DNA of 64,000 bases from an uncultured Candidatus Bathyarchaeia archaeon (GTDB lineage: Archaea; Thermoproteota; Bathyarchaeia; 40CM-2-53-6; DTDX01). The position numbers and the translations under genes were made by a program. Positions 49,206-59,062 of the stretch are shown here, piece by piece. A model generated the notes under the pieces. That model was not told the origin of the DNA, searched no databases, and saw nothing but the letters and a program-made list of their open reading frames with translations. The stretch lies in contig CAZSNM010000005.1 in the NCBI GenBank assembly GCA_964608455.1, forward strand, positions 4,069-68,068. Direction: 5' to 3'. Position 1 is the first letter of the stretch. Each line of letters starts with the position of its first letter.

Positions 49206-50000
49206 CTAAAATATTTTAAGAAACATTTTAATCAATAAAGCTAACACGTCTCCAAAACTAAGATTAACTATAAAACTTAAAGCAATAAATACGATCATTG
49301 GTAATCCTGGTGTAACCCAAATCATTTTTGAAATATTATCTTTAGCAAAAGCATTTTTCAAGTTTTCAATAAGCTTTTCTCTATTTGATTCAACATCAAA
49401 AACTATTCTTAATTTTCTTAAAGCTTTATTATTAATCCATATGATTTCTTCCATAGGATATAGATGAATTGAATTTTCAACCTTAGAAAAATCCTCTTTA
49501 TAACCTAAAATTAAAACTAAAAGTTTTTTCCATTTAGGTTCATGAGTTAAACCATTAAATATTTTTTTATTTGATTTAAAATAAAGCAGGTTTCTTGCTA
49601 AAATATAAATTGGATAGCTACAAGAAAGTAGAAAAGCATTATAAAGTGTTGATAAAGGAAAAAATGGATGAAAAAATATTAAAATTGATTTTTTAGGATG
49701 TAAAGGCATAGCTAAAGATAAACAAACCATTGCTTTAAAATCTGCTCCACCAAAAAAACCTGCTTCAAATAAAAGAAAAGAAATAAAACTTGTTAAAAAT
49801 ATTGAAGTTATTGAAAGCCAAAAACCGTTTGGATAAAAAATAAACCTGAGTAAAAACAAAGTTAAGCTTGCTAAACCATAAAAAAGCCAAATAACATCTG
49901 AAACTTCTCTACGCTTTAAATCGCTTATGGAAGCTAAGCTTAAAGCAATGATAGAAGCTAAAATAGATAATAAACTTAAAATATTTAGAGGTAAACTCAA
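49206..50000 (-). CDS. A24-family prepilin/preflagellin peptidase
   Basis: Polytopic protein with two Asp regions (SISDLKRREVSD and GGADFKAM), the catalytic pair of type IV prepilin peptidases. Confidence 0.65.
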   Translation of the reverse strand: MSLPLNILSLLSILASIIALSLASISDLKRREVSDVIWLFYGLASLTLFLLRFIFYPNGFWLSITSIFLTSFISFLLFEAGFFGGADFKAMVCLSLAMPLHPKKSILIFFHPFFPLSTLYNAFLLSCSYPIYILARNLLYFKSNKKIFNGLTHEPKWKKLLVLILGYKEDFSKVENSIHLYPMEEIIWINNKALRKLRIVFDVESNREKLIENLKNAFAKDNISKMIWVTPGLPMIVFIALSFIVNLSFGDVLALLIKMFLKIF

Positions 50001-50110
50001 ATAAAACCCCCAGAATAATTTAATAATTTACTGTTAAACTTTTGCTTTCATTATTTTTAATATTTATAATTTATAAATGCCTTAAAATCTTAATAGATAG
50101 GGTGAATGCG

Positions 50111-53100
50111 ATGGAAAGGGGACGGTTAATAATCCTTTTAGTTTTTTTATTAACCGTCTCCTTTATGATTAAAGTAAATGAATATAAAGCCTTAGAGTTT
50201 TCTCCATCCAAAGGTTGGGGCATGTTTTTTAATACTACTGGAAATATTAAAATAAATATAACGGAACCTGGGGTAGCAGTTAAAATTGAGGTCCCAAGAG
50301 AGTTTCTTGAGGGTAAACTTGAAAATGACACTTCTTTTCTTTATTCAGACATAACTAGAGACTATTATTATTATATTGTTATTGATCAATCACGTCATTA
50401 TCCTTATGATGAAAATGCACCCTATATAATTGAGGTTTTAAATCCTCCAGTTTATATTCAACCTAATTGCATTAAAACTTTCTTTAATTTTACACCTCCA
50501 AAATATATTTTAATGAAAAATTTAAAAGCTCCAAGAATAGCTGGATTATATAACTTTTCAATTTATATAGCTAAAAAAGTTGATGTTAACGGTTTACCCA
50601 TTTATCCAGCTAAACCATCAAATATTGTAACGGTTCCGGTAAGTATGAGGGAGGATCCAAGCAGCATTAGCGGTTATATAGTAGATGAAATAACAGGAGT
50701 TCGAATTAAAGCTAAAGGTGTGGTTTATGCTATTGAAGTAAATACAGGAGTTATGGCAAGAGCTTATGTTAATGCTTCAACCGGATTTTTTAATTTAACA
50801 GGATTATATAAAGGAACTTATAGAATTGAAGCTTCCGCAGGTTACTTTCAAGAAACAGGTTATGCATATGCTTTAACAGAAGCGTCAGAACCAGTTATTA
50901 TTAATAATGTAGCTCAAAAAATAAATATTGGAAATTTAAGTTTGAAAAGAGGGAATATAATTTCGGGGGAAATCATTTATTTAGACACATTTAACTTAAT
51001 TGATGAAATTCAACCTCTTGAAAGCCCATATTTAAAAGCTTTAGGGTTTAAGGGTTTAAACTATACAGTCGAGGTTTACGATGAGCAAAATAGAATTGTT
51101 GCTTCAAACATTTATGAATCAAAAAATCTATCTCATGAACCATTTCGTTTAATAACTAGAAATGGAACAAAACATGTTGGTTATTCGTCTGTTGGAACAG
51201 AATATGCAGGTTTTGGTCCAGGGGTATACACTTTAAAAGTTTGGGTTTTCGGTTTTCTTCAACGTAACACTCTTTCAATCACTATTACAGGATATGGTAT
51301 AGAATTTTCAAACGTTAAAATTCAACTTATTTATGGTGGATTAATAAATGGAACGATAAGGCTTTTTAATAATCAAACAAGAAATTTGGAAAGTCCTAGA
51401 AAAGCTGAACAATTAACTTTTGGAACTTCTACAGGTACATATTATGGAGGAAACATTGTTATTAAAGCTTATAATGAAGTAGGAGAATTAAAAGGATTAA
51501 CTTTAATTAATGCAACTTATTCAAATGGAACGATAGCTTACGCCGATGAAGCAACAATTAAGTTTTATATTTTAGGTTTTAGCGAATTTTACAATAAGAC
51601 TTATTCTGGTACATGGAGAATAGGTTCTTACCCTGGACCAAGCCCATGGGATTCTGGATTACCTGAAGGCCGATATGAAGTTAAAGTTTGGATTAGAGGG
51701 TATATTCAATCAAATAAAGCTATAGTAAGCTTATCTACTGGAGGAAGAAGTAGTGTAACAGTTGATATGGTTCGTGGTGGAGCTTTTCAAGTAACAGTTA
51801 TTTCGATGCACAGCAGACCTGGAACAAGATATCCTCGAGCAGAAGCCCATTGGAGATTCTTAAATTTATGTCCACAACCTTACTTAAGAGTTTATTTTTA
51901 TAGGCTTGGGGTTGAGGAGGGATTTGGAGAGACCCAACTTAAATTAGGTTTTCCAGGAGTAACTGAAACAAGAGCTAAAATAAATTTTTCAGGAGATAAT
52001 CCATCTATAAAATCAATTATTTATAATGGAGTTATTCCTTCAGCTTTACGCGAAGGAGAATACCTTATAAAAGTATATACATATGGTTATATTCAAGCTA
52101 ATGATGTAATAGTTTACTTGTATTCAAGCCAGCTTCAATCAGCTACGGTAATTTTATTGATGGGTTCTGGAATAAATGGAACAGTAACCTTGATTGCTAA
52201 TGAAGTTTTTAGTGAATTAACAGAAAATGCATTCATAGAAGTTGATGCTTTGCTTAATGAAAATTTAAAAGGAGTAGATGTAGTTAATGTTTCTAAAGGA
52301 TCAAGTGTATTTACTTTTTCCATTTATGGTTTTTATGGAAAAGGACATTTCTTTTATGTGGCTCCTGATGGAACTAAATGGCCGGATTATGGTTTAGATG
52401 TTGGGAATTACACTGTTTATGTTCCTGAATTTGGGTTTGAATGGAAATATATGCAGAAGAAACTTGTTTATGCTAATATTCAAGATTTAGGCGTTACTGT
52501 TGGAATTCATTTTTCCCTATATAGACTTGGGAAAATTTATGGTATAATTAAAGGAGAAGCAAAAACACCATTCATTAACTATATTCCGCTTGTTTGGGCT
52601 TTAATAACAGCTGATAATATAGAAGCATATTCTTTTGATGGAGATTATGTTATTCATCTTCCGGAAGGAGAATATAATGTTGAATATTCATATCCAGGTT
52701 ATGAAGCTCAAACAATTCATATTTCTATTGGAGGAAGCTTTGCTATCAGCCAAGATATTATTTTAAGGCAAGCTACGCCTACACCTTCTTTCCCAACAGC
52801 TTCATTAACAATTTCCCTTAAAGATAATTCAAGTGGATTCTATATTCTTTCAGCAAATTTATTAAATGAAAGCTCTCTTGAAAATAATGCGGTTTTTCTA
52901 TGGTTTTCAAATTCAGGAAAATTTAATTCAACTATTGGAAAAACTGTTTTATGGATTCCCACAGATTATAGGGAAGAGCATGAAATTAAAGTTATAGCTA
53001 TTGTTGATGGTAAAGCCTTATCTTCAACTAGCATTAAATTATTAAATATAGAGACTCCAGAATTTCCAAATAATTCCTTAAATTTAATTTTTACACTAAT

Positions 53101-53155
53101 TATTTTAACTATTGCTTTTAAATTAGCATTAGGAAAAAAGAGTTTGGAAAAATAA
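50111..53155 (+). CDS. large secreted cell-surface protein with repeated beta-sandwich modules and a PEF-CTERM-like anchor
   Basis: Start placed at the ATG giving MERGRLIILLVFLLTVSFMI (signal peptide/TM). Recurring G.Y.VKVW..GYIQ modules. C-terminal PEFPNN + TM helix + GKK. Confidence 0.6.
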   Translation: MERGRLIILLVFLLTVSFMIKVNEYKALEFSPSKGWGMFFNTTGNIKINITEPGVAVKIEVPREFLEGKLENDTSFLYSDITRDYYYYIVIDQSRHYPYDENAPYIIEVLNPPVYIQPNCIKTFFNFTPPKYILMKNLKAPRIAGLYNFSIYIAKKVDVNGLPIYPAKPSNIVTVPVSMREDPSSISGYIVDEITGVRIKAKGVVYAIEVNTGVMARAYVNASTGFFNLTGLYKGTYRIEASAGYFQETGYAYALTEASEPVIINNVAQKINIGNLSLKRGNIISGEIIYLDTFNLIDEIQPLESPYLKALGFKGLNYTVEVYDEQNRIVASNIYESKNLSHEPFRLITRNGTKHVGYSSVGTEYAGFGPGVYTLKVWVFGFLQRNTLSITITGYGIEFSNVKIQLIYGGLINGTIRLFNNQTRNLESPRKAEQLTFGTSTGTYYGGNIVIKAYNEVGELKGLTLINATYSNGTIAYADEATIKFYILGFSEFYNKTYSGTWRIGSYPGPSPWDSGLPEGRYEVKVWIRGYIQSNKAIVSLSTGGRSSVTVDMVRGGAFQVTVISMHSRPGTRYPRAEAHWRFLNLCPQPYLRVYFYRLGVEEGFGETQLKLGFPGVTETRAKINFSGDNPSIKSIIYNGVIPSALREGEYLIKVYTYGYIQANDVIVYLYSSQLQSATVILLMGSGINGTVTLIANEVFSELTENAFIEVDALLNENLKGVDVVNVSKGSSVFTFSIYGFYGKGHFFYVAPDGTKWPDYGLDVGNYTVYVPEFGFEWKYMQKKLVYANIQDLGVTVGIHFSLYRLGKIYGIIKGEAKTPFINYIPLVWALITADNIEAYSFDGDYVIHLPEGEYNVEYSYPGYEAQTIHISIGGSFAISQDIILRQATPTPSFPTASLTISLKDNSSGFYILSANLLNESSLENNAVFLWFSNSGKFNSTIGKTVLWIPTDYREEHEIKVIAIVDGKALSSTSIKLLNIETPEFPNNSLNLIFTLIILTIAFKLALGKKSLEK

Positions 53156-53197
53156 TACTTCAAAAGTTTTTTATTTCTTAATTTTTATATTTTTATA

Positions 53198-53449
53198 ATG
53201 CTGAGGAGGATGAAGTTGGCGTTAGCGTTTGTTTTAATAAATGCTGAAATAGGTTCTGAAAGTGAACTTGTAGAGGAGCTTAGAAAAATGCCATATGTTA
53301 AAGAAGCTTATTTGGTCTATGGTGTTTATGATATAATAGCTAGAATTGAAGCTGAAAGTATGGATAAACTAAAAGAAATAGTTACATGGAAAATTAGAAA
53401 ACTAAATAAGGTTCGTTCAACTTTAACAATGATTGTTATGGAAAGTTAA
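53198..53449 (+). CDS. stand-alone Lrp/AsnC RAM domain protein
   Basis: 83 aa; VYGVYDIIARIEAES. Confidence 0.65.
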   Translation: MLRRMKLALAFVLINAEIGSESELVEELRKMPYVKEAYLVYGVYDIIARIEAESMDKLKEIVTWKIRKLNKVRSTLTMIVMES

Positions 53450-53515
53450 TAAACCTCCCTTTTTATTTTTTAACTTTTTTATCTTAAGCAACTTTATTTT
53501 TTAAGGTTGAATTTA

Positions 53516-54853
53516 ATGGAGCATACTTGTCATATTGGAATAGATGATACTGATTCCCCAAGAATGGGTTGTACAACTTATATAGCTGCTTTACTAGTTG
53601 AAAAACTTGAGAAAATTGGGTGTAAATTTATCGATTATCCTAATTTAATTAGGTTAAATCCTAATGTACCATGGAAAACAAGAGGTAATGGCGCTGTAGC
53701 TTTAAGATTTAAATTTTTAAACAATCAACTTGAATTTGAAGATATTAAATCCATAGTTTTAAGTGTTGTTAAGGAAAACTCCGATTTAAATTATCCTAAA
53801 ACAGATCCTGCCATAGCTTTTTTAAAAGGTGAAGTCCCGGAAAAACTTTTTTTATTTGCTAAAAAAGCTATTCAAAATGTTGTTTCAATTAAAGAAGCTG
53901 AGAAAATAGCTGAATTATACAATGTTGAAGTAAATTTAATTAAAGGAAAAAGAGGAATTGTTGGAGCTTTAGCTGCTTTAGGAGAAACACTTCAAAATGA
54001 TTACACATATGAATTAATAGCTTATCGAACCATTGAAAATAGAGGAACAAAAAGGAAAGTAAATGAGGAATCTGTAAAAAAAATGGATGAATTAACTAAA
54101 CCTTTAACCTTTAACAATTATGATTATGAAAAGGAAAGAGTGTTAATTACACCTAGAGGAAAAGATCCAATTTTATTTGGCATTAGAGGAGAGAATCCTT
54201 TTATTCTTCTTAAAGCTTTTAAAATAGTTGAAGTTTATGAAGAAATTGAAAGGTGGGTAATTTTTAGGACTAATCAAGGAACAGATGCGCATTTAAGAAA
54301 AGTAAATTTTATTAATGAAATTTCACCTTATCAACCTGTTGTTGTGGTTGGTGAAGTGGCATCTCAACCGAAAACCATTCCTGGAGGACATGTAATTTTT
54401 AAAATAAAGGATGAAAGTGGAGAAATTGAATGTGCTGCCTATGAACCAACAGGAAAATTTAGAAATATAATTAGAAAATTAATTCCTGGAGATTTAATTG
54501 AGGTTGCTGGTGGAGTTAGAGCTCCAACAAAAAAACATGGAAAAACAATTAATATAGAAAAAATAAAAATTCTAAAGCTAGCTGAAGAATACATTTATTT
54601 AAATCCTTTATGCGAAAAATGCGGGAAAAGAATGAAGTCTCTAGGTAAAAACCAAGGTTTTAAATGCGAAAAATGCGGATTTAAAACTTTTAAAAAAGAA
54701 AAAGTTAAGATTAAAGTTGAAAGAGAATTAAAGGAGGGTTTATATTTACCTCCGCTTAGAGCACAAAGACATTTAACTAAACCTGAAATAAGATATGGTC
54801 AAGAAAAACATGGAAAAAACTTTGAATTTATAGAGAAATGGCATAATCCATAA
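53516..54853 (+). CDS. tiaS: tRNA(Ile2) 2-agmatinylcytidine synthetase TiaS
   Basis: N-terminal HIGIDDTDSPRMGCTTY kinase-like motif and a C-terminal CEKCG...CEKCG zinc ribbon. Start moved to the ATG (MEHTCH); the track uses an upstream TTG. Confidence 0.8.
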   Translation: MEHTCHIGIDDTDSPRMGCTTYIAALLVEKLEKIGCKFIDYPNLIRLNPNVPWKTRGNGAVALRFKFLNNQLEFEDIKSIVLSVVKENSDLNYPKTDPAIAFLKGEVPEKLFLFAKKAIQNVVSIKEAEKIAELYNVEVNLIKGKRGIVGALAALGETLQNDYTYELIAYRTIENRGTKRKVNEESVKKMDELTKPLTFNNYDYEKERVLITPRGKDPILFGIRGENPFILLKAFKIVEVYEEIERWVIFRTNQGTDAHLRKVNFINEISPYQPVVVVGEVASQPKTIPGGHVIFKIKDESGEIECAAYEPTGKFRNIIRKLIPGDLIEVAGGVRAPTKKHGKTINIEKIKILKLAEEYIYLNPLCEKCGKRMKSLGKNQGFKCEKCGFKTFKKEKVKIKVERELKEGLYLPPLRAQRHLTKPEIRYGQEKHGKNFEFIEKWHNP

Positions 54854-54856
54854 AGC

Positions 54857-55510
54857 TCAAGATTTATGTTTTAAATTTAATGTTTTAATTAAAAATTTAA
54901 AAGCTTCATCTCCGGCTTCTCTATCTAAAACTAAAGATGTGCTAGGTTTAATTATTCCTATTCCGTCTAAATTTTTTAATTTTGCTAATCCAAGAAGAAC
55001 ACCGCTACTTCCAGGAAGCTCAGTAGCTTTTAAAAATTTCCCTCCAAAACCAGCTAATTTTTTAATTAGGCTTTTTGAAGTAGCCACAACATAAATATCT
55101 TTACCATAATTTGATAAAGCCGCAACGCCATCTATTACAATTAATTTTTTAACTTTAAGTTTTAAACCGAAATTTAAAATTTCATCTAATACTGTATAAT
55201 ATGCTTCAGGTTCATCAATAGCAATTCTTGAATTTTCAACAGCAATTATAAGATTTGGATGGCAAATATTACTTTCATAAAATTCCCATTTGGGTAAACT
55301 ACAAATACCATCATTTTGAATTAAAGCTTGATCAAGAAAATAGCAACTATAAAAACTTGAGAAAAGTTTGGCTTGACTCCATTCTATAAGTAATCGAGCT
55401 GAAACTTTACCGACACCACCAACTCCTGAAACTCCAATTATATAAATGGGATTTTTTAATTTAGGTAAATATTCCAAATGAAAAGAACCTGAAGAAAATT
55501 TATTAAACAT
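54857..55510 (-). CDS. PAC2-family (proteasome assembly chaperone-like) protein
   Basis: 217 aa; N-terminal PIYIIGVSGVGGVG and a central TELPGSSG, resembling archaeal PAC2/PbaB. Confidence 0.45.
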   Translation of the reverse strand: MFNKFSSGSFHLEYLPKLKNPIYIIGVSGVGGVGKVSARLLIEWSQAKLFSSFYSCYFLDQALIQNDGICSLPKWEFYESNICHPNLIIAVENSRIAIDEPEAYYTVLDEILNFGLKLKVKKLIVIDGVAALSNYGKDIYVVATSKSLIKKLAGFGGKFLKATELPGSSGVLLGLAKLKNLDGIGIIKPSTSLVLDREAGDEAFKFLIKTLNLKHKS

Positions 55511-55577
55511 TTTTGTTCCTTTTTCAACATAAATAAAGCGTTGCAGATAAATATTTATATTTGAGAAGAAACTTCAA

Positions 55578-55587
55578 GTTTAAAATA
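55578..55587 (+). promoter_or_regulatory. TATA-box-like element upstream of tRNA-iMet
   Basis: GTTTAAAATA ~25 nt upstream of the tRNA 5' end. Confidence 0.3.
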
Positions 55588-55607
55588 GATAAAGACTGCC
55601 TAAGGGA

Positions 55608-55685
55608 AGCGGGGTGGGGTAGCCAGGTTAACCCGCAGGGCTCATAACCCTGAGATCGGACGTTCGAATCGTCCCCCCGCTACCA
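55608..55685 (+). tRNA. initiator tRNA-Met (CAT), CCA encoded
   Basis: Hand-folded cloverleaf: acceptor AGCGGGG/CCCCGCT with an A1:U72 pair; anticodon stem carrying three consecutive G-C pairs (GGG/CCC); loop CTCATAA; T-loop TTCGAAT; discriminator A then CCA. Confidence 0.8.
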
Positions 55686-55811
55686 AATTTTTATAATTTT
55701 ATTAAAAACTGAATTTTCCACCAGTTTAAATTGACATTTTAATGTTAAAGATTACAAAAAATTTATATCAAGGCTTTTTCTTCTTTACTAATTTCAAACG
55801 TTCTCTTTATA

Positions 55812-57776
55812 ATGCAAGCCTTAATATTTGTAAGAAATTTTATGGTGAATTTAATGAATAAAAATAACAGTGAAGAATCTTTAAAGCGGGAAGTTGGTTG
55901 GTTTGGTTCTTTTTGCATGGGTTATGCAGATGTAGGAGCTGACATTTATGTTGCTATAGGATTGGTGGCTTATTATGCTGCTGGAGCAGCTCCTATAGCT
56001 TTTTTAATCGCTTCTATAACATATATTTGTACTGGATTAGCTTATGCTGAATTAGCTTCAATTTATCCTTATGCTGGTGGAGCACACATTTATGCTATGA
56101 AAGCTTTTAATGATCTTGTTGGTTTTATAGCTGGTTGGGCAGTAATGCTTGATTATACAGTTGATGTAACCTTGTTTTCTTTAGCTTCAGCAGGTTATTT
56201 AAGCTTCTTTTTTCCATGGTTAAAGAATTCTAATATTAATTTAAACATTTTTGGGAAATCATTTAATTTAAGCTATCTTAACTTAATAGCTTTAATGTTA
56301 ATTTTAATGCTTTTGCTGCTTAACATAATTGGAATAAGAGAATCTTCAATTTTTAATGAAGCTTTAGTTTCTTTAGATTTAATTGTTGAATCAATTATTT
56401 TAATTTTTGGTTTTGCTTTAGCATTTAATACTTATCTTTTCTTAAAGCAAATATTAATTTTTGGAGCTCCATCATCTTTACCAAATATTTCTTATATTAT
56501 TAAAGGGTTAAATGTTGAATCTCAAAATTTTATTTATGGTGTTACTTTAGCGATGACTTCATATATAGGGATAGAATCTATAGCTCAAGCTGCTGAAGAA
56601 ACTGTGAGACCTTATAAATGGATTCCTAGAGCCAATAAATTATCTATTTTATCCGTAATAATTTTTGCGGTCGGTTTATCAACGCTTAGTGTAGGTGTTA
56701 TGCCTTGGAATGTTTTAGGTGAGGCGAGAGAGGATCCTATGGCTGCTTTAGCTCATGCCATACCGATAATTGGAAAGTTTATATCTCCTATCGTGGCTTT
56801 AACAGGTTTCGCAATATGTCTTGTTTCAACAAATACAGGTGTGATAGGAGTTTCAAGAGTTACATTTTCTATGGGTAGATTTAATCTTATGCCTAAGTCT
56901 CTTTATAGGGTTCATCCAAAATTTAAAACACCATATTTAACAATAATTATTTTTGGATCAATTAGCGGATTAATGCTGTTTTTAGGAGATTTAAGAGTAA
57001 TTGCAGATCTTTATAATTTTGGAGCTTTACTTTCTTATATCATAGTTAATTTATGCTTAATTATTCTTAGAAATACTGAACAGGAAGTTTATAGGCCTTG
57101 GAAAATGCCAGGAGAATTCACTTTAAAAATTGGAAATAAAAAAATATTTATGCCTATACTTGGTTTAATAGGGTTTATATCATGCTTAATTGTTTGGAGT
57201 TTAGTTTTAATTTATCATAAGGAAGGTAGAATTTTAGGAGCAATTTGGCTTTTAATAGGTTTAACCATATTTTATTTTTATAGAAAAGCAATATTGAAAA
57301 TGCCGGTTTTATATAAGGAAACTGGAAAACTTATTAAACCGAGTGGATACATGATTAATGCATTGGTTCTTGTAAGAACACCTGAAGATTATGAGGATGT
57401 AGCTAAAGCTATAAATGAAGCTTTAGATAAAAGATTTAAACTTAATTTATTAACAATTCTTGATCCCGAATCTTTTGGTTTAAGCAAAGAGCATATAAAA
57501 GATTATGAAGAGCTTTTAGAGCTTAGAAGAGATGCTTGGATTGAACTTCAAAATTTAGCTAAAAAACTTTCAAACTTAGGTTTTGAATGCAAAGTTAAAG
57601 TTGAAGTGGGAAGCTTAAAGCCTTTATTAATGGAGGAGGCTGAAAAAAACGATTTAATAGTTTTAATAAAAAGAAAAACTGTTAGAGATGAATTAGAAAA
57701 GGAAAGGGTTGATTCTGCATATGCAATATTATCTAAATATTTTCCAGGAAAATTAATAGTGGTAAGAAGGGTTTAA
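55812..57776 (+). CDS. APC-family amino acid transporter fused to a C-terminal universal stress protein domain
   Basis: ~12 TM permease core plus a C-terminal Usp-like domain (VLVRTPEDYEDV ... LIVVRRV). Exact start uncertain (several in-frame Met). Confidence 0.65.
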   Translation: MQALIFVRNFMVNLMNKNNSEESLKREVGWFGSFCMGYADVGADIYVAIGLVAYYAAGAAPIAFLIASITYICTGLAYAELASIYPYAGGAHIYAMKAFNDLVGFIAGWAVMLDYTVDVTLFSLASAGYLSFFFPWLKNSNINLNIFGKSFNLSYLNLIALMLILMLLLLNIIGIRESSIFNEALVSLDLIVESIILIFGFALAFNTYLFLKQILIFGAPSSLPNISYIIKGLNVESQNFIYGVTLAMTSYIGIESIAQAAEETVRPYKWIPRANKLSILSVIIFAVGLSTLSVGVMPWNVLGEAREDPMAALAHAIPIIGKFISPIVALTGFAICLVSTNTGVIGVSRVTFSMGRFNLMPKSLYRVHPKFKTPYLTIIIFGSISGLMLFLGDLRVIADLYNFGALLSYIIVNLCLIILRNTEQEVYRPWKMPGEFTLKIGNKKIFMPILGLIGFISCLIVWSLVLIYHKEGRILGAIWLLIGLTIFYFYRKAILKMPVLYKETGKLIKPSGYMINALVLVRTPEDYEDVAKAINEALDKRFKLNLLTILDPESFGLSKEHIKDYEELLELRRDAWIELQNLAKKLSNLGFECKVKVEVGSLKPLLMEEAEKNDLIVLIKRKTVRDELEKERVDSAYAILSKYFPGKLIVVRRV

Positions 57777-57779
57777 AAA

Positions 57780-58040
57780 ATGCTTGTAATCTTAAATATA
57801 TTTGTTGAACAGAAAAAGGGCGATAAAGTGGTTAAGGAACTTTCTAAACTTCCAGAAATAAAAGATATTTATGAAGTTGTTGGAGAATGCGATTTAATAG
57901 CTTTAGCTTCAATTGAAAATGCAAATGATTTTAGAGAGTTTTTAAAAAACAAAGCTTTAAACATTAAAGGTGTAAAAAGCGCTGTAACAATGGTTGTTTC
58001 TCATATTTATAAAAAGGATGGGAAACCAACATATGAATAA
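57780..58040 (+). CDS. stand-alone Lrp/AsnC RAM domain protein
   Basis: 86 aa; IYEVVGECDLIALASIEN. Confidence 0.6.
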   Translation: MLVILNIFVEQKKGDKVVKELSKLPEIKDIYEVVGECDLIALASIENANDFREFLKNKALNIKGVKSAVTMVVSHIYKKDGKPTYE

Positions 58041-58482
58041 TAATGAGGAATATCATGAAGCGTCAATATTAATTCCAATATCTACTTTTATAGATAAAGA
58101 AAGATTAATTAAAGCATTACATGTTCTTTCCATATTTCAAAAACTTAAAATAGTTTTATTTCATGTTGTAGAGCTTAAAAGTAGAACATCCCCTGTTGAA
58201 GCTGAATTTTTTAAAAGCCATGTAGATAAAACTAAAAGATTTCTTAATGAGATTAAAGAATGGTTAATAAAACAGGGATATAATGCTTTAGTTAAAGTTG
58301 TTGTTGCAAGAAGCATTTCTGAAGGAATAATTTATGAAGCTAACTCTGGAGATTACAATATTATAATTATGATGAAAAGAAAACCTAGAAAAGGTGTTAA
58401 AAAGCTTTTTCATAAAAGCATAAGTGAGGCTGTAATAAAGCATGCTAGAAAGCTAGTTTTGATTATTCCAACAGATTTTTAA
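58033..58482 (+). CDS. universal stress protein (UspA family)
   Basis: Start placed at ATG 58033 (MNNNEEYH). C-terminal VIKHARKLVLIIP is Usp-like. Confidence 0.55.
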   Translation: MNNNEEYHEASILIPISTFIDKERLIKALHVLSIFQKLKIVLFHVVELKSRTSPVEAEFFKSHVDKTKRFLNEIKEWLIKQGYNALVKVVVARSISEGIIYEANSGDYNIIIMMKRKPRKGVKKLFHKSISEAVIKHARKLVLIIPTDF

Positions 58483-58583
58483 ATTTTTTAAATTAACCTA
58501 AATAACAACTATTTATTTATTTATATTGAAGAATTGCAATGTAAGTTTATAAAAAGGTTAAGGCATTAAGGAGCGCTTAAAAA

Positions 58584-58778
58584 ATGCCAGCAGAAATATT
58601 TAATCTTGAAGAATTTATTAAATTAAGCGAGTCTGCTTTAGAGTGCAGAGTAAAAAGAACAAAGGGAATTGTTAAACTCAAGTTAAGAACTAAAAGAAGG
58701 CTTTATACAATTAAACTAAAAGAGAATGAAGCTGAAGAAGCCTTAAAAAAAATTAAATGTCCAATTGTTGAAATTTAA
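58584..58778 (+). CDS. rpl38e: 50S ribosomal protein L38e
   Basis: 64 aa; MPAEIFNLEEFIKL...RLYTIKLKENEAEEALKKI resembles eL38. Confidence 0.6.
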   Translation: MPAEIFNLEEFIKLSESALECRVKRTKGIVKLKLRTKRRLYTIKLKENEAEEALKKIKCPIVEI

Positions 58779-59062
58779 CCTCCATGCACAATTGGAATAA
58801 TTGTTATTTCGCTTTTATCTTTAACCAACGTATTTAATCCATTTAAAGCTGAAATTTCAATTCCATTAACGAATATTACGCAGCTTCCTGGAGACTCCAA
58901 AACGCTTTTAAATTCTTTTTTATTAATCAACTCTATAAGTTTCTTTAAAACTGTTTTTAACTCAATAATTTTGTTTTCAATATTGATTTCTATAGTTTTT
59001 CTTTCAGCAAACCTTTCCAAGCTTCCATAAAGTTTAACGGTAATAACCATAATTGTTTTCAC
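58775..59062 (-). CDS. MoaD/ThiS-family ubiquitin-like protein with a C-terminal GG
   Basis: 95 aa ending in ...TIIPIVHGG; beta-grasp-like. Confidence 0.6.
   Translation of the reverse strand: MKTIMVITVKLYGSLERFAERKTIEINIENKIIELKTVLKKLIELINKKEFKSVLESPGSCVIFVNGIEISALNGLNTLVKDKSEITIIPIVHGG

Noticed and set aside
50042-50110. Upstream extension of the surface-protein ORF (MLSLFLIFIIYKCLK...)
   Set aside because: The internal ATG at 50111 yields a typical signal peptide (MERGRLIILLVFLL). The upstream segment looks like an AT-rich promoter region read through in frame.
55608-55685. Interpreting the CAU tRNA as tRNA-Ile2 (TiaS substrate) because of adjacency to tiaS
   Set aside because: A1:U72 and the GGG/CCC anticodon stem are archaeal initiator identity features. 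Adjacency alone is insufficient.
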